Below are positions 16,656-26,716 of a stretch of DNA of 64,000 nucleotides, piece after piece. The first letter of the stretch is position 1, and every line of letters begins with the position of its first letter. Made by a program: the position numbers and the translations under genes. The stretch is from Escherichia phage OLB145, in sequence record MH992123.1; one strand, written 5' to 3'. Below the pieces are notes generated by a model that did not search any database, was not told the DNA's origin, and worked only from the letters and a program-made list of their open reading frames with translations.

Positions 16656-19235
16656 ATGCGTTACATTACATTCAACAATGAGGGTATCTACCCTATTGCT
16701 ATCCTTACTACAACGTTACGTAAGGATGATATTGTCAAAGCATACATGGAACCCTGGGATGTAGATAAAGATTCAGTAATGATTCTTGAACTTCATACAG
16801 CCCCAGGGAAAAAGAAAACTCCTGCTAAAGAGATGCAGGAGTTTATTACCCAAGAATTAGTGCCAGCATTCGAAGCAGCACAAACTCAGTATATCATCTG
16901 TGGTGATTCTGAATATTACAAACAGCTAACCAAACAAGGTAAAGCTGATGCCAATATTGGCTATGTAATGGATTGTGCTTATGGGAACCAGAAAGTTATT
17001 TACGTTCCCAATTACAGACAAATCTTTTATGACCCGGATAAGGTAAAGACTAAGATTGCTTTATCCATGCAGGCTCTGATTGATTATGTCTCTGGTTCTT
17101 ATGTTGAGCCAGGAACTAAGATTATCCATTATGCTGATTATCCATTAACTCCAGAAGCTATATCTAAGTGGTTAGATAAGTTACTGGAGATGAATGTTCC
17201 ATTAGCAGTAGATATAGAAACCTTCAGTCTGAAGCATTATGACTGTGGTATAGGCACTATTACATTCTGTTGGAACAAGCATGAAGGGATTGCATTCCCT
17301 GTGGATTATGAACCAATTGAGGGGGCTACTGAAGCTCCTTATGGTAGACAAGTTCACAACATGCTTGTTCGTTCTATGCTCAGGGACTTTTTTATTAAGT
17401 ATCTGAACAGGCAGATGTATCACAATATTGCCTTTGACGTATATGCACTCATTTACCAGTTATTTATGACAGACCTTCTGGATACAGAAGGGTTGTTGCA
17501 TGGCATGAGTATCATGCTAAGAAACTGGGATTGCACTAAGTTAATTACCTATCTGGCTACTAACTCTTGTGCTGGTAATAAGCTAAGTCTTAAAGACCAG
17601 GCTCAAGAATATGCTGGTAACTATGCTCAAGAAGAAATCAATGACATTACCAGAATCCCATTAGCAGAGTTGTTGGAATACAACTTAGTGGATGGATTAT
17701 GTACCTGGTATGTCTATGAAAAGCATTGGGATACTCTGGTTAATGACCAACAGTTAGATGTTTATACAAACATCTTTAAACCTGCATGTGAAGATATTAT
17801 TCAAATGCAGTTAACTGGTATGCCTATCAATATGAAGACAGTATTGGAGGTAGAAGAGGCATTAACCCAAGACTATAACAATGCGTTAAAAACAATTGCT
17901 GACAGTAAAGTAATCAAAGATTTTACCCGTCTTCTTAATGAAGAATGGGTAGAAAAACAAAACCAGATTCTGAAGAAGAAACGAGTAACTTTAGCTGATG
18001 CTAAAGAGCAGTTTAATCCAAACTCAGGTATTCAATTACAGAAGCTACTTTTTGAGTTTCTGGAGTTACCTGTACTGGGTTTGACTGCAAGTAAACTACC
18101 TGCTACTGGTAGTGGCATACTCAAGTCTTTGAAGAACCATACTCAAGATACCAGTATTCTGGAAATTCTTGATGCTCTGATTGATTACAAAGCTGTAGAT
18201 AAAATTCTGACAGCATTTATTCCAGCATTAAAAAATGCCAGACAAGGACCAGATGGTTGGCATTATCTCTTTGGTAATCTGAACTTAGGTGGGACTGTAT
18301 CAGGCCGTCTATCCAGTAGTGAACCAAACCTACAGAACCTACCTTCTGGTTCCAGATATGCCAAGATAATTAAAAAGTGTTTTGAGGCTCCCCCTGGATG
18401 GATATTTTGTGGGCTAGACTTTGCTTCTCTCGAAGACCGTATATCTGCTTTAACAACCAAAGACCCTAATAAACTAAAGGTGTATACCGATGGTTACGAC
18501 GGGCATAGTCTTCGTGCATATGCTTACTTCGGTGAGATGATGCCTGACATTGAAGATACGGTAGAGTCTGTTAATTCTATTCAGGAGAAGTACAAAGCAT
18601 ATCGTCAGGATTCTAAAGCACCTACCTTTGCTCTTACCTATCAGGGCACATACATCACTTTGATGAAGAACTGTGGTTTCCCTGAACAGAAAGCTCGAAT
18701 GGTTGAGGAACGTTATCATACACTTTATAAGGTAAGTGATGACTGGGTTCAGGCTAAACTAGACCAAGCTGCAAAAGATGGTTATGTAACCGTAGCATTT
18801 GGCCTGAGAGTCAGAACCCCCTTACTTCAACAAGTTATTCGTGGAACCAGTAAAACTCCTTATGAAGCTGAAGCTGAAGGACGTACTGCTGGTAATGCAT
18901 TAGGCCAAAGTTGGTGTCTTCTGAATAACCGTGCTGGTTCAGAGTTCATGCGTAAGGTACGGAATAGTAAGCATCGTCTTGATATTCGTCCAAGTACCCA
19001 TATTCATGATGCTCAGTATTTCCTTATCCGTGATGATATGGATGTTGTGATATATACCAATACTCATTTGGTGAAAGCAGTACAATGGCAAGACCATCCT
19101 GATATTGCCCATCCAGATGTTCATTTGGGTGGGGAACTCTCCTTATTTTACCCAACGTGGGCTAACGAGATTGAGATTCCAAACTACGCTACGCCCGAAC
19201 AAGTCCATGAAGCAATCCAAAAGGCATTTAAATGA
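16656..19235 (+). CDS. DNA polymerase, family A, with 3'-5' exonuclease domain
   Basis: Exo motifs 'VDIETFSL' and 'YNLVDGLCTWYVY'; pol motif A 'LDFASLEDRISA', motif B 'RQDSKAPTFALTYQG', motif C 'HIHDAQY'; ATG 16656 after GAGG (track start 16569 over-extended). Confidence 0.8.
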   Translation: MRYITFNNEGIYPIAILTTTLRKDDIVKAYMEPWDVDKDSVMILELHTAPGKKKTPAKEMQEFITQELVPAFEAAQTQYIICGDSEYYKQLTKQGKADANIGYVMDCAYGNQKVIYVPNYRQIFYDPDKVKTKIALSMQALIDYVSGSYVEPGTKIIHYADYPLTPEAISKWLDKLLEMNVPLAVDIETFSLKHYDCGIGTITFCWNKHEGIAFPVDYEPIEGATEAPYGRQVHNMLVRSMLRDFFIKYLNRQMYHNIAFDVYALIYQLFMTDLLDTEGLLHGMSIMLRNWDCTKLITYLATNSCAGNKLSLKDQAQEYAGNYAQEEINDITRIPLAELLEYNLVDGLCTWYVYEKHWDTLVNDQQLDVYTNIFKPACEDIIQMQLTGMPINMKTVLEVEEALTQDYNNALKTIADSKVIKDFTRLLNEEWVEKQNQILKKKRVTLADAKEQFNPNSGIQLQKLLFEFLELPVLGLTASKLPATGSGILKSLKNHTQDTSILEILDALIDYKAVDKILTAFIPALKNARQGPDGWHYLFGNLNLGGTVSGRLSSSEPNLQNLPSGSRYAKIIKKCFEAPPGWIFCGLDFASLEDRISALTTKDPNKLKVYTDGYDGHSLRAYAYFGEMMPDIEDTVESVNSIQEKYKAYRQDSKAPTFALTYQGTYITLMKNCGFPEQKARMVEERYHTLYKVSDDWVQAKLDQAAKDGYVTVAFGLRVRTPLLQQVIRGTSKTPYEAEAEGRTAGNALGQSWCLLNNRAGSEFMRKVRNSKHRLDIRPSTHIHDAQYFLIRDDMDVVIYTNTHLVKAVQWQDHPDIAHPDVHLGGELSLFYPTWANEIEIPNYATPEQVHEAIQKAFK

Positions 19236-19570
19236 CCAAACAAATTGAAGAGAAAAAGCATCACTGGTTAGTAGCAGCTCAACTGACTTTTGTTATTCCT
19301 GATAACAAAGATGGTCAGGAAGGTGCTGTTATTGTTCAGAACACTATGCTGCTTACTGAAGAGAAACAGGTAACTTTCCGTGACCTGGGACGTGCTCAGT
19401 CTGCTCTATTTCAGAATCTGAATGACCGTTTTGGTCAAGTGGTAGATGTACGGGATATTGTATTCCTGAACGTCAGCTACCTGGGTCATATGAGCCAGCC
19501 TGACTTTCAGCAAAATCTGGTAACTAAAGATACTGCTGCGAAGAAAGCTAAACTGAAAGCTGTGGAGTAA
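19232..19570 (+). CDS. hypothetical protein
   Basis: 112-aa ORF, start overlaps the polymerase stop. Confidence 0.45.
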   Translation: MTKQIEEKKHHWLVAAQLTFVIPDNKDGQEGAVIVQNTMLLTEEKQVTFRDLGRAQSALFQNLNDRFGQVVDVRDIVFLNVSYLGHMSQPDFQQNLVTKDTAAKKAKLKAVE

Positions 19571-19572
19571 TC

Positions 19573-20181
19573 ATGTCTGAAAAACTATCAGGTGGTTTTA
19601 ATAACTACTATCTGGTTCAGGTAACCAACCCTCAACGTATGGAACAGCCTCCATATCAGGCCGAGTGTGAGGATATTATCCAAGCACTAAATATGACCTT
19701 TGATGAAGGGTGTCTGTTCAAGGCATTGTGGCGTAATGCTGCTGCTCGTTTAGGTAACGGTAAACCAGGTAACAATGCCGTTTATGATGCAGAGAAGATG
19801 GTTCATTATGCTAACCGTATTTTTATTAAAGAATCCGGTGGGCAGAAAAAAGAAGCAGAAGAACCAGTTTCTGAAGCTCTGAAGAAGGGTGAAGAGATTC
19901 ATATGTCTCTGTCTGAATTATTCACCCTGTTAACTGGTGAAGCAGCAGAAGGTGAAGTAATGAGCCTTGCTGGTTGGCATACTCACGTACCAAACCGTTT
20001 GGGTGTTATGCCTATTGCTGTTGCAATGAGCAAAGCAGAACAAGTTGATGTAGTACGTGCCGATGGAATGACTATTACTCATGTATTTCCTCATGAGATT
20101 GACTGGTCTGATAAGATTGCCCCCTTTGCTCGAATCACTGCATGGCGTTTCAGTAACCCATCTAAGGTCGCTTCTAAATGA
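19573..20181 (+). CDS. hypothetical protein
   Basis: 202-aa ORF. Confidence 0.45.
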   Translation: MSEKLSGGFNNYYLVQVTNPQRMEQPPYQAECEDIIQALNMTFDEGCLFKALWRNAAARLGNGKPGNNAVYDAEKMVHYANRIFIKESGGQKKEAEEPVSEALKKGEEIHMSLSELFTLLTGEAAEGEVMSLAGWHTHVPNRLGVMPIAVAMSKAEQVDVVRADGMTITHVFPHEIDWSDKIAPFARITAWRFSNPSKVASK

Positions 20182-21152
20182 AAATCACGAACAATCATGA
20201 CGTGTCCTTGCCATTAGCTGTCTGGCTTTTGCATGACGAGTATGATTACGTGAAGGATAAAAAGTATCTTTCTGTGACTACCCTGCTTAAGCCAATTAAG
20301 CACATTGTCATGAAGCATCGTGTAGACCTTTCTGTAGAAAGTATGGACATCATGGATTTGGTGTCCACTTCTATGGGTACAGGCTTACATGATTCTATTG
20401 AGAAGGCATGGCATAACGGACACCACAATGCATTACGCAAGTTAGGGTATCCTGAGCGTGTCGTTCAGAATGTTGTCATCAACCCTACCCCTGAGCAGAT
20501 TGCATCAAATCCAAACTTAATTCCTGTATGGATAGAACAACGAGCAACTAAAAAGATTGCTGGTTGGACTATTGGGGGCAAGTTCGACATCGTTACTGAA
20601 GGTCTTCTTCAGGATGTAAAATCCACCTCCACTTACACATGGGTAAAGGGTGGACGTGATGAAGAACATAGACTTCAGGGGTCAATGTATCGTTGGTTAC
20701 ATGACGACAAGATTACCGAAGATGTGATTCGTATTAACTACATCTTCACTGACTGGATGAAAGCATTAGCTACATCTCAAGAAAACTATCCAAAGCACCG
20801 TGTGCTGCATAAAGACATTCCATTGATGTCTTATGAAGCGACTGAAGAATGGATTAAAGCCAAGCTGGCTCTCATTGATAAGTACTGGGATGCTCCTGAA
20901 AGCGAGATTCCAGAATGTACTGATGAAGAGTTATGGCGTTCTGATCCAGTGTTTAAATACTTTGCTGACCCAGAGAAGGCAAAGCAACCTGGTGCTCATT
21001 CTACCAAAAACTTCCCTACTCTCTTTGAGGCTCGGAAGTTCATGGCAGAGAAAGGCAAAGGCACTATTCTTCATGTTCCTGGTGAACCTAAACGATGCAA
21101 CTATTGCTCAATTTTTAACATCTGCGAACAAAGAAAGAGATATTTCCCATGA
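20178..21152 (+). CDS. PD-(D/E)xK nuclease with Cas4-like cysteine cluster (putative exonuclease)
   Basis: 'GGKFDIVTEGLLQDVKSTSTY' (D...QDVK) and C-terminal 'RCNYCSIFNIC' (C-x2-C-x5-C) with an upstream Cys, as in Cas4/AddB-type Fe-S nucleases. Confidence 0.45.
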   Translation: MKITNNHDVSLPLAVWLLHDEYDYVKDKKYLSVTTLLKPIKHIVMKHRVDLSVESMDIMDLVSTSMGTGLHDSIEKAWHNGHHNALRKLGYPERVVQNVVINPTPEQIASNPNLIPVWIEQRATKKIAGWTIGGKFDIVTEGLLQDVKSTSTYTWVKGGRDEEHRLQGSMYRWLHDDKITEDVIRINYIFTDWMKALATSQENYPKHRVLHKDIPLMSYEATEEWIKAKLALIDKYWDAPESEIPECTDEELWRSDPVFKYFADPEKAKQPGAHSTKNFPTLFEARKFMAEKGKGTILHVPGEPKRCNYCSIFNICEQRKRYFP

Positions 21153-23296
21153 TTGACCTGACCGGAGTCTCACATCATCCGGCGATTGAAGAAATCGTTG
21201 ATGTGTTATGTAACAAGACGCAAAACGCTGACCGTGATTTTTTCCGTGTAGAAGTGGCCTATTTCCTTGCGAAAATGGCTTCATGTATGGGTGCAACTAT
21301 CATCACTAAAGACCGTGGTGAAATTCCAGTAAACATCTATGCAGTGGCTCTTGCTACTTCAGGCTTCGGTAAAGGCCATTCGGTCAACATTGTTGAAGAC
21401 GGTTTTATGGCTGGCTTTAAGAAGCGGTTTATGGAAGACACCATGCCTGCTTTAGCAGAAGACCGTCTGTGGAAAATTGCTAACGAACGTTCTGCTCGTA
21501 ATGCTACTGACCAGAAGGAAGAGTTTGACAAGGTGGAAGCTGAATACAGACGTACGGGTGCTTATCCATTTACGTTTGACTCAGGTACACCTCCTGCTGT
21601 GAAACAGTTACGTCATAAACTCTTATTAGCTGGATGTGGTGCTATTAACTTACAGATTGATGAGATTGGTTCAAACCTTCTCGCTAATGCTGATGTATTA
21701 ACTGTGTTCCTTGAGTTGTACGACCAAGGCAAGATTAAACAGAAACTTACTAAGAATACTGCTGAAAGTATTCGTAGTGAGGAAGTTGATGGTAAAACTC
21801 CAGCTAACCTTCTTCTGTTTGGTACACCGAGCAAACTTCTCAATGGGAGCCAGACTGAGGAACTCTTCTACGACTTCCTTGATACTGGCTATTCTCGTCG
21901 TTGTCTGTTTGCTGTAGGTCAGGCAGATAAACGTGCATATCTGAGCCAGAGTGCTGAAGAAATCTATCGTAATCTGATTAAGCAGGATAACAATGCTGTT
22001 GTGAATAAGTGGGCTAACCACTTTCATAGCCTTGCAGATGCATCCAAGTTTGGTTGGAAAATGACAGTTGAAGATGATGTTGGTATTGCACTAATCGACT
22101 ACAAGATTCAGTGTGAAAAACAAGCAGCAGCTTTAGCTGACCACGAAGAGATTCGTAAAGCAGAATTGGAACATCGCTACTTTAAAGCACTGAAATTGGC
22201 AGGTGCATTTGCATTTGTTGATAACAGTATCATGTTAGAGATGGAACATCTGAAGCAAGCAATTCTTCTGGTAGAAGAATCTGGTGTTGCATTCCAGACT
22301 ATCCTCAATCGTGAAAAAGCCTACGTTAAATTAGCCAAGTATATTGCATCTGTTGGTACTGAAGTTACTCATGCAGATTTGCTTGAGGCTTTACCATTCT
22401 ATAAGAGTGGGAATGCTGCACGTAATGAGATGATGACTTTAGCTACTGCATGGGGCTATAAGCAGCACATCATCATTAAGAAGACATACAACGAAGGTAT
22501 TGAGTTCTTCCGTGGTGAAACACTGAAAGAGACTGATACTAACGAAATGATTGTTTCTTATGGTGAGAACTTTGCTTATGACTATATTGCAGAGAAAGTT
22601 CCATTTGACCAGTTACATGTACTGACCCAGCAAGCAGGTTATCACTGGGCTAATCACCATTTCCGTCGAGGGCATCGTGCTGAAGAGAATGCTATTGCTG
22701 GCTTCAATATGATTGTCATTGATGTGGATGGTACGTGTAGTTTGGACGTGTGCCATGAATTGATGAAAGAATACCGATTCATGACCTATACAACCAAACG
22801 CCATACTGATGAAGAAAACCGTTTCCGGTTAATTATTCCAATGAACTATCAGCTTGAACTTGATGGTGCTGAGTACAAAGAGTTCATGGATAACGTTATG
22901 GCATGGCTCCCATTTAAAACGGACGAGTCTGCTAATCAACGAGCCAAGAAATGGGAATCATGTGCTAAGGGTACGTATTACTACAATATGGATGCTCCCC
23001 TGCTAGACGTAAGAGATTTCATTCCTAGAACCAGTAAGAATGAGGCATTCCAGCAAGGGATGCAGAAGGTTCAAAATCTGGATAATCTCGAACGTTGGTT
23101 TGCCCAACGAATTGCTACAGGCAATCGTAATAACCACATGATTAAGTATGCTCTGGCTCTGGTAGATAGTGGTATAGGCTTCAATGAAGTTAAACAACGT
23201 GTGCATGAGTTCAATAAGAAACTCAGCAATCCCCTATCTGCTGATGAACTGGATTCCACTGTAATGATTACTGTGGCTAAACGTTACACATCTTAA
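21149..23296 (+). CDS. DNA primase-like protein (putative primase-polymerase)
   Basis: 715 aa; 'FNMIVIDVDG' resembles the acidic hhhDhD motif of archaeo-eukaryotic-type primases; replication-module position. Confidence 0.4.
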   Translation: MIDLTGVSHHPAIEEIVDVLCNKTQNADRDFFRVEVAYFLAKMASCMGATIITKDRGEIPVNIYAVALATSGFGKGHSVNIVEDGFMAGFKKRFMEDTMPALAEDRLWKIANERSARNATDQKEEFDKVEAEYRRTGAYPFTFDSGTPPAVKQLRHKLLLAGCGAINLQIDEIGSNLLANADVLTVFLELYDQGKIKQKLTKNTAESIRSEEVDGKTPANLLLFGTPSKLLNGSQTEELFYDFLDTGYSRRCLFAVGQADKRAYLSQSAEEIYRNLIKQDNNAVVNKWANHFHSLADASKFGWKMTVEDDVGIALIDYKIQCEKQAAALADHEEIRKAELEHRYFKALKLAGAFAFVDNSIMLEMEHLKQAILLVEESGVAFQTILNREKAYVKLAKYIASVGTEVTHADLLEALPFYKSGNAARNEMMTLATAWGYKQHIIIKKTYNEGIEFFRGETLKETDTNEMIVSYGENFAYDYIAEKVPFDQLHVLTQQAGYHWANHHFRRGHRAEENAIAGFNMIVIDVDGTCSLDVCHELMKEYRFMTYTTKRHTDEENRFRLIIPMNYQLELDGAEYKEFMDNVMAWLPFKTDESANQRAKKWESCAKGTYYYNMDAPLLDVRDFIPRTSKNEAFQQGMQKVQNLDNLERWFAQRIATGNRNNHMIKYALALVDSGIGFNEVKQRVHEFNKKLSNPLSADELDSTVMITVAKRYTS

Positions 23297-23354
23297 TAAA
23301 AACTATTCAGTCCTTTTCTTGGTTGAAGAGGACTGTCAGTTAAAAGAGGAAACT

Positions 23355-24110
23355 ATGTCAGAAGAATTTGAACATGGCGAAATGAATGACCAGCTAATCC
23401 TGATTGTAGGATTTTCTGCTGCTGGTAAATCGGCCTCACTTCGTAACATCCGTAACCAGGAACGTTGGGTATATCTGAATACAGAAGCTGGTAAACGTCT
23501 GCCATTTAAGAATAACTTCAATGGTGTTCGTATTACTGACCCATACCAAATCCTGGAATACTTTGACCAATGCATTGAACATCGTGATGACGTGGACGGA
23601 ATCATTGTAGATTCCCTGACTTTCATGATGGATATGCTGGAAACTCAGTATGTACTCACTGCTGCAAACACTCAGAAGGCTTGGGGTGAATTTGCACAGT
23701 TCTTCAAAATTCTCCTTCAGGAGAAAGTAGTTAAATTTGCCAAACCAGTTATCTTCACTGCTCACGTCAAAGACGAAGTAGATGAACGTGCAATGGAACT
23801 GAAGACTTTCGTTCCAGTAAAAGGTTCTCTGAAGAACAATGGTATTGAAGCATACTTCTCTACTGTTGTATCAGCAGAACGTATCGACCTTAAAGAACTT
23901 GAAAAGTATTCCAATGGAATGTTGGAAATTACTGAGGATGAGCAAGAGTTAGGGTACAAACACGTATTTCAGACTCGACCTACTAAGAAAACAGTAGGTA
24001 AACGTATTCGTTCTCCTATGGGTATGTTCAGTAAGCAAGAGACTTATATGGACAATGATGCCCAAAAACTTCTCGACCATCTGGCAGAGTATTACTCTAC
24101 CGGTGCTTAA
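23355..24110 (+). CDS. P-loop ATPase, RecA-like (possible Sak4-type recombination protein)
   Basis: Walker A 'GFSAAGKSAS', Walker B-like 'IIVDSLTFMM'; ATG 23355 after AAGAGGA (track start is TTG 23319). Confidence 0.4.
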   Translation: MSEEFEHGEMNDQLILIVGFSAAGKSASLRNIRNQERWVYLNTEAGKRLPFKNNFNGVRITDPYQILEYFDQCIEHRDDVDGIIVDSLTFMMDMLETQYVLTAANTQKAWGEFAQFFKILLQEKVVKFAKPVIFTAHVKDEVDERAMELKTFVPVKGSLKNNGIEAYFSTVVSAERIDLKELEKYSNGMLEITEDEQELGYKHVFQTRPTKKTVGKRIRSPMGMFSKQETYMDNDAQKLLDHLAEYYSTGA

Positions 24111-24155
24111 TCTGGTTGTTAGTCATTCATTAATTTAATTAAGTAGGAAATATAA

Positions 24156-24953
24156 ATGAGCAATTTATTCGGAAATCTGGCAGGTCAGGCAGCTAAAGCA
24201 GAGAAAGCAACGGATAACCTGGGTGGTGGATTTGGTGCAAAAGAATCTGATATTTATCTGGCTAACCTGAAAGTAGCTTATGTAGGTAAAGCAGCTTCTG
24301 GTGCTAACTTCATTCAGATTATTGCAGACCTGACTGACCTTGATGGACACAGTGCTGGTGAATATCGTGAGCAACTGTACATCACTTCTGGTACTGAAAA
24401 AGGCTGCAAGTGTACTTATGAAAAGAATGGTAAGGAATACTTCCTGCCGGGCTACACTGTAATCAATGACATCCTGGTAATGACTTCTGGTGAGACTATT
24501 CCTGAAGCAGTCTTCGAGGAGAAAGTCGTTAACGTATATGACTTCGATGAGAAGAAAGAAGTTGCCAAATCTGTCATGGTTCCAGTCAATGCTATCGGTG
24601 GTAAGTTTGCTGTAGCTATTCTGAAATCTGAAGAAGATAAGCAGACTAAAGATGGCTCCGGTAACTATGTGTCTACTGGTGAAACTCGTTTCACTAATAC
24701 CATCGAAAAAGTATTCCATCCTGACCTGCATCTGACTGTTGTTGAAGCAGAAGAACTGACTGAACGTGGTAAAGAACTGACCGTTGAAGAAGCAGTCTTC
24801 TGGGACAAATGGCTGGAGAAAAACAAAGGCGTTACCCGTGACAAAACCACTAAAGGCGGTGCTTCCGGTAAAGCTGGTCAGCCACCAAAACCAGGTGCTA
24901 CTAACACTGGTGCGGGTGCTTCTGCTGCAAAATCTCTGTTCGGTAAGAAATAA
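24156..24953 (+). CDS. single-stranded DNA-binding protein candidate (N4 SSB-like by size and position)
   Basis: 265 aa with Gly/Pro/Lys-rich C-terminal tail; assignment from synteny and recalled N4 SSB length only. Confidence 0.4.
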   Translation: MSNLFGNLAGQAAKAEKATDNLGGGFGAKESDIYLANLKVAYVGKAASGANFIQIIADLTDLDGHSAGEYREQLYITSGTEKGCKCTYEKNGKEYFLPGYTVINDILVMTSGETIPEAVFEEKVVNVYDFDEKKEVAKSVMVPVNAIGGKFAVAILKSEEDKQTKDGSGNYVSTGETRFTNTIEKVFHPDLHLTVVEAEELTERGKELTVEEAVFWDKWLEKNKGVTRDKTTKGGASGKAGQPPKPGATNTGAGASAAKSLFGKK

Positions 24954-25510
24954 TGCAGATACCTGTGCTTGGAGTTGACCCCAGTTTTCGTAACTGGGGA
25001 CTAGCACGGGGAATGCTCGACTTAGAGACGGGAATACTCTCTGGATTAGACCTGAAGCTGGTAGAAACCAAACCTGATGGAACCAAGCAAGTAAGGCAGA
25101 ACAGCAAAGATATGCAAGCTGCTGAGGACATTACTACTGGTGTCATCGACTGGTTCAAAGAAGCAAAGGTCATCTTTGTAGAGGTTCCCGTTGGCTCACA
25201 AAGTGCCAATGGAATGAAATCCTATGGTGTTTGTGTAGGCATCTTAGGAGCACTCAGGGCACTAGGACATGAGATTATTGAAGTTACTCCTATCGAGAAC
25301 AAAGTAGCTCTGTCCGGTATTAAGACTGCTTCTAAAGATGTGATGATTAGAGCAGCTACAGGATTTTATCCAGAGGCCAACTGGCTCAAGGATACCAAAG
25401 GTAGGCTGCTCAATAAGAACGAGCATTTAGCTGATGCTGTAGGTGCTATCCATGCAGGGGTACTCACTCCTGCTTTCCAGAATTTAATGAGAATTTTATC
25501 AAAGGTATAA
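24953..25510 (+). CDS. RuvC-like Holliday junction resolvase (RNase H-fold nuclease)
   Basis: 'VLGVDPS', 'IFVEVPVG' and 'HLADAVGAIHAG' match the acidic-residue pattern of RuvC/YqgF-type nucleases. Confidence 0.5.
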   Translation: MQIPVLGVDPSFRNWGLARGMLDLETGILSGLDLKLVETKPDGTKQVRQNSKDMQAAEDITTGVIDWFKEAKVIFVEVPVGSQSANGMKSYGVCVGILGALRALGHEIIEVTPIENKVALSGIKTASKDVMIRAATGFYPEANWLKDTKGRLLNKNEHLADAVGAIHAGVLTPAFQNLMRILSKV

Positions 25511-25512
25511 CA

Positions 25513-25968
25513 ATGCAAGTAATCCTGACCCAACCTGAAATCGAAGCTGCTCTGACTGGTTATGTAAACGACCTGATGTCTGTACGTGAAGGTATGGAAA
25601 TTAAAGTAACCTTCAAAGCTACTCGTGGTGATGATGGTGCTACTGCAATCGTAGATATTGTCCCTGCTGGTTCCCAATCTGTTGAAGTGGTCGAGGAACC
25701 AAAGAAAGAGTCAAAGGAACGCAAGCATCGTCCAGTAACCCAGACCAATACTGCTGCTGTCAGTGCTCTGGCTTCTGCTACTGGTAAGAAAAAAGAAGAA
25801 GTAGTTGAAGTAGAAACTACTACTGAAACTGTTGATGAAACTGTAGATGAAACTGTAGAAGTAGCTGAAGAAGCTGCTGCTCAGGAAGAAGAAAAAGAAG
25901 TACAGGAAGAAGAGGCTAAAGAACCAGTACAAGCCAAACCTTCTCTGTTTGCAGGTCTGAAACGTTAA
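25513..25968 (+). CDS. hypothetical protein with strongly acidic low-complexity C-terminal tail
   Basis: 151 aa; C-terminal 'EEVVEVETTTETVDETVDETVEVAEEAAAQEEEKEVQEEEAKE'. Confidence 0.55.
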   Translation: MQVILTQPEIEAALTGYVNDLMSVREGMEIKVTFKATRGDDGATAIVDIVPAGSQSVEVVEEPKKESKERKHRPVTQTNTAAVSALASATGKKKEEVVEVETTTETVDETVDETVEVAEEAAAQEEEKEVQEEEAKEPVQAKPSLFAGLKR

Positions 25969-25982
25969 TATCTGGGTAAACG

Positions 25983-26147
25983 GTGGCTACAAAGCTACTG
26001 CTGGGTGTGGTGGTGTTTATAGTTTTGATTCTTCTTATTGTCAGAATTATAGACGTGTCGGCTCCATATCTAGCATTCATTATCACCGTCATTATCTTGT
26101 ATAAGTGCTGTGGTAGTGGTGGTGACACTAAGCCGCCAGATGTTTAA
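25983..26147 (+). CDS. possible small hydrophobic protein (54 aa, GTG start)
   Basis: GTG-initiated ORF 'VATKLLLGVVVFIVLILLIVRIIDVSAPYLAFIITVIILYKCCGSGGDTKPPDV'; weak SD; followed by an imperfect hairpin at 26156-26187. Confidence 0.2.
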   Translation: MATKLLLGVVVFIVLILLIVRIIDVSAPYLAFIITVIILYKCCGSGGDTKPPDV

Positions 26148-26298
26148 CTAATAAGAGGCGACTGGATTACTCTCCCCAGTCGCTTCGTTAGTTTATTCAC
26201 CGCTTAGTAAATATCCAAATAAAGAAAGAAGTTGTTTCTTGAAATTAGTTACTGCTTGTAAGAGCAGATAAGTTTGTAGTATAACTACGCTCAATCAA

Positions 26299-26373
26299 GA
26301 TGGTGTAGCTCAGTGGTAGAGCAGTTGGCTGTTAACCAACTGGTCGATGGTTCGAATCCATCCACCATCGCCA
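26299..26373 (+). tRNA. tRNA-Asn (anticodon GTT)
   Basis: Perfect 7-bp acceptor stem GATGGTG/CACCATC, anticodon loop CTGTTAA, T-arm GATGG-TTCGAAT-CCATC, encoded CCA. Confidence 0.85.
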
Positions 26374-26378
26374 AATTT

Positions 26379-26468
26379 GGAAGGTTGTCAGAGAGGCCGA
26401 TTGTACCTGACTTGAAATCAGGAGGCGCAGAGATGCACCCGAAGGTTCGAATCCTTCACCTTCCACCA
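26379..26468 (+). tRNA. tRNA-Ser (anticodon TGA), class II with long variable arm
   Basis: Acceptor GGAAGGT/ACCTTCC, anticodon stem CCTGA/TCAGG with loop CTTGAAA, T-arm GAAGG-TTCGAAT-CCTTC, encoded CCA. Confidence 0.8.
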
Positions 26469-26472
26469 AATT

Positions 26473-26548
26473 GCTGGTTTAGCTCAGTTGGTAGAGCAAT
26501 TGCCTTGTAAGCAATGGGTCAATGGTTCAAGTCCATTAACCAGCACCA
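26473..26548 (+). tRNA. tRNA-Thr (anticodon TGT)
   Basis: Acceptor GCTGGTT/AACCAGC, anticodon stem ATTGC/GCAAT with loop CTTGTAA, T-arm AATGG-TTCAAGT-CCATT, encoded CCA. Confidence 0.8.
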
Positions 26549-26555
26549 ATACAGG

Positions 26556-26637
26556 TTATTAGTGAACACACTATGGAACCTCCCAGCTTCCTCCAGATGT
26601 ACGGCAATACATTAGCTGGTAGTGTGTTCACTGATAG
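26556..26637 (+). repeat. long imperfect hairpin (inverted repeat)
   Basis: Perfect 13-bp stem AGTGAACACACTA (26561-26573) / TAGTGTGTTCACT (26620-26632), extended to about 18 bp with G-U pairs; inner stems CCAGCT/AGCTGG and ATGTA/TACAT. Confidence 0.7.
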
Positions 26638-26716
26638 GTTGTACTATCACAGTCCAGACAATATCTGCGTGACTTAAAAAAACAGATGGAGCCAGGTGGA
26701 ATCCCTGGCAATTAAT

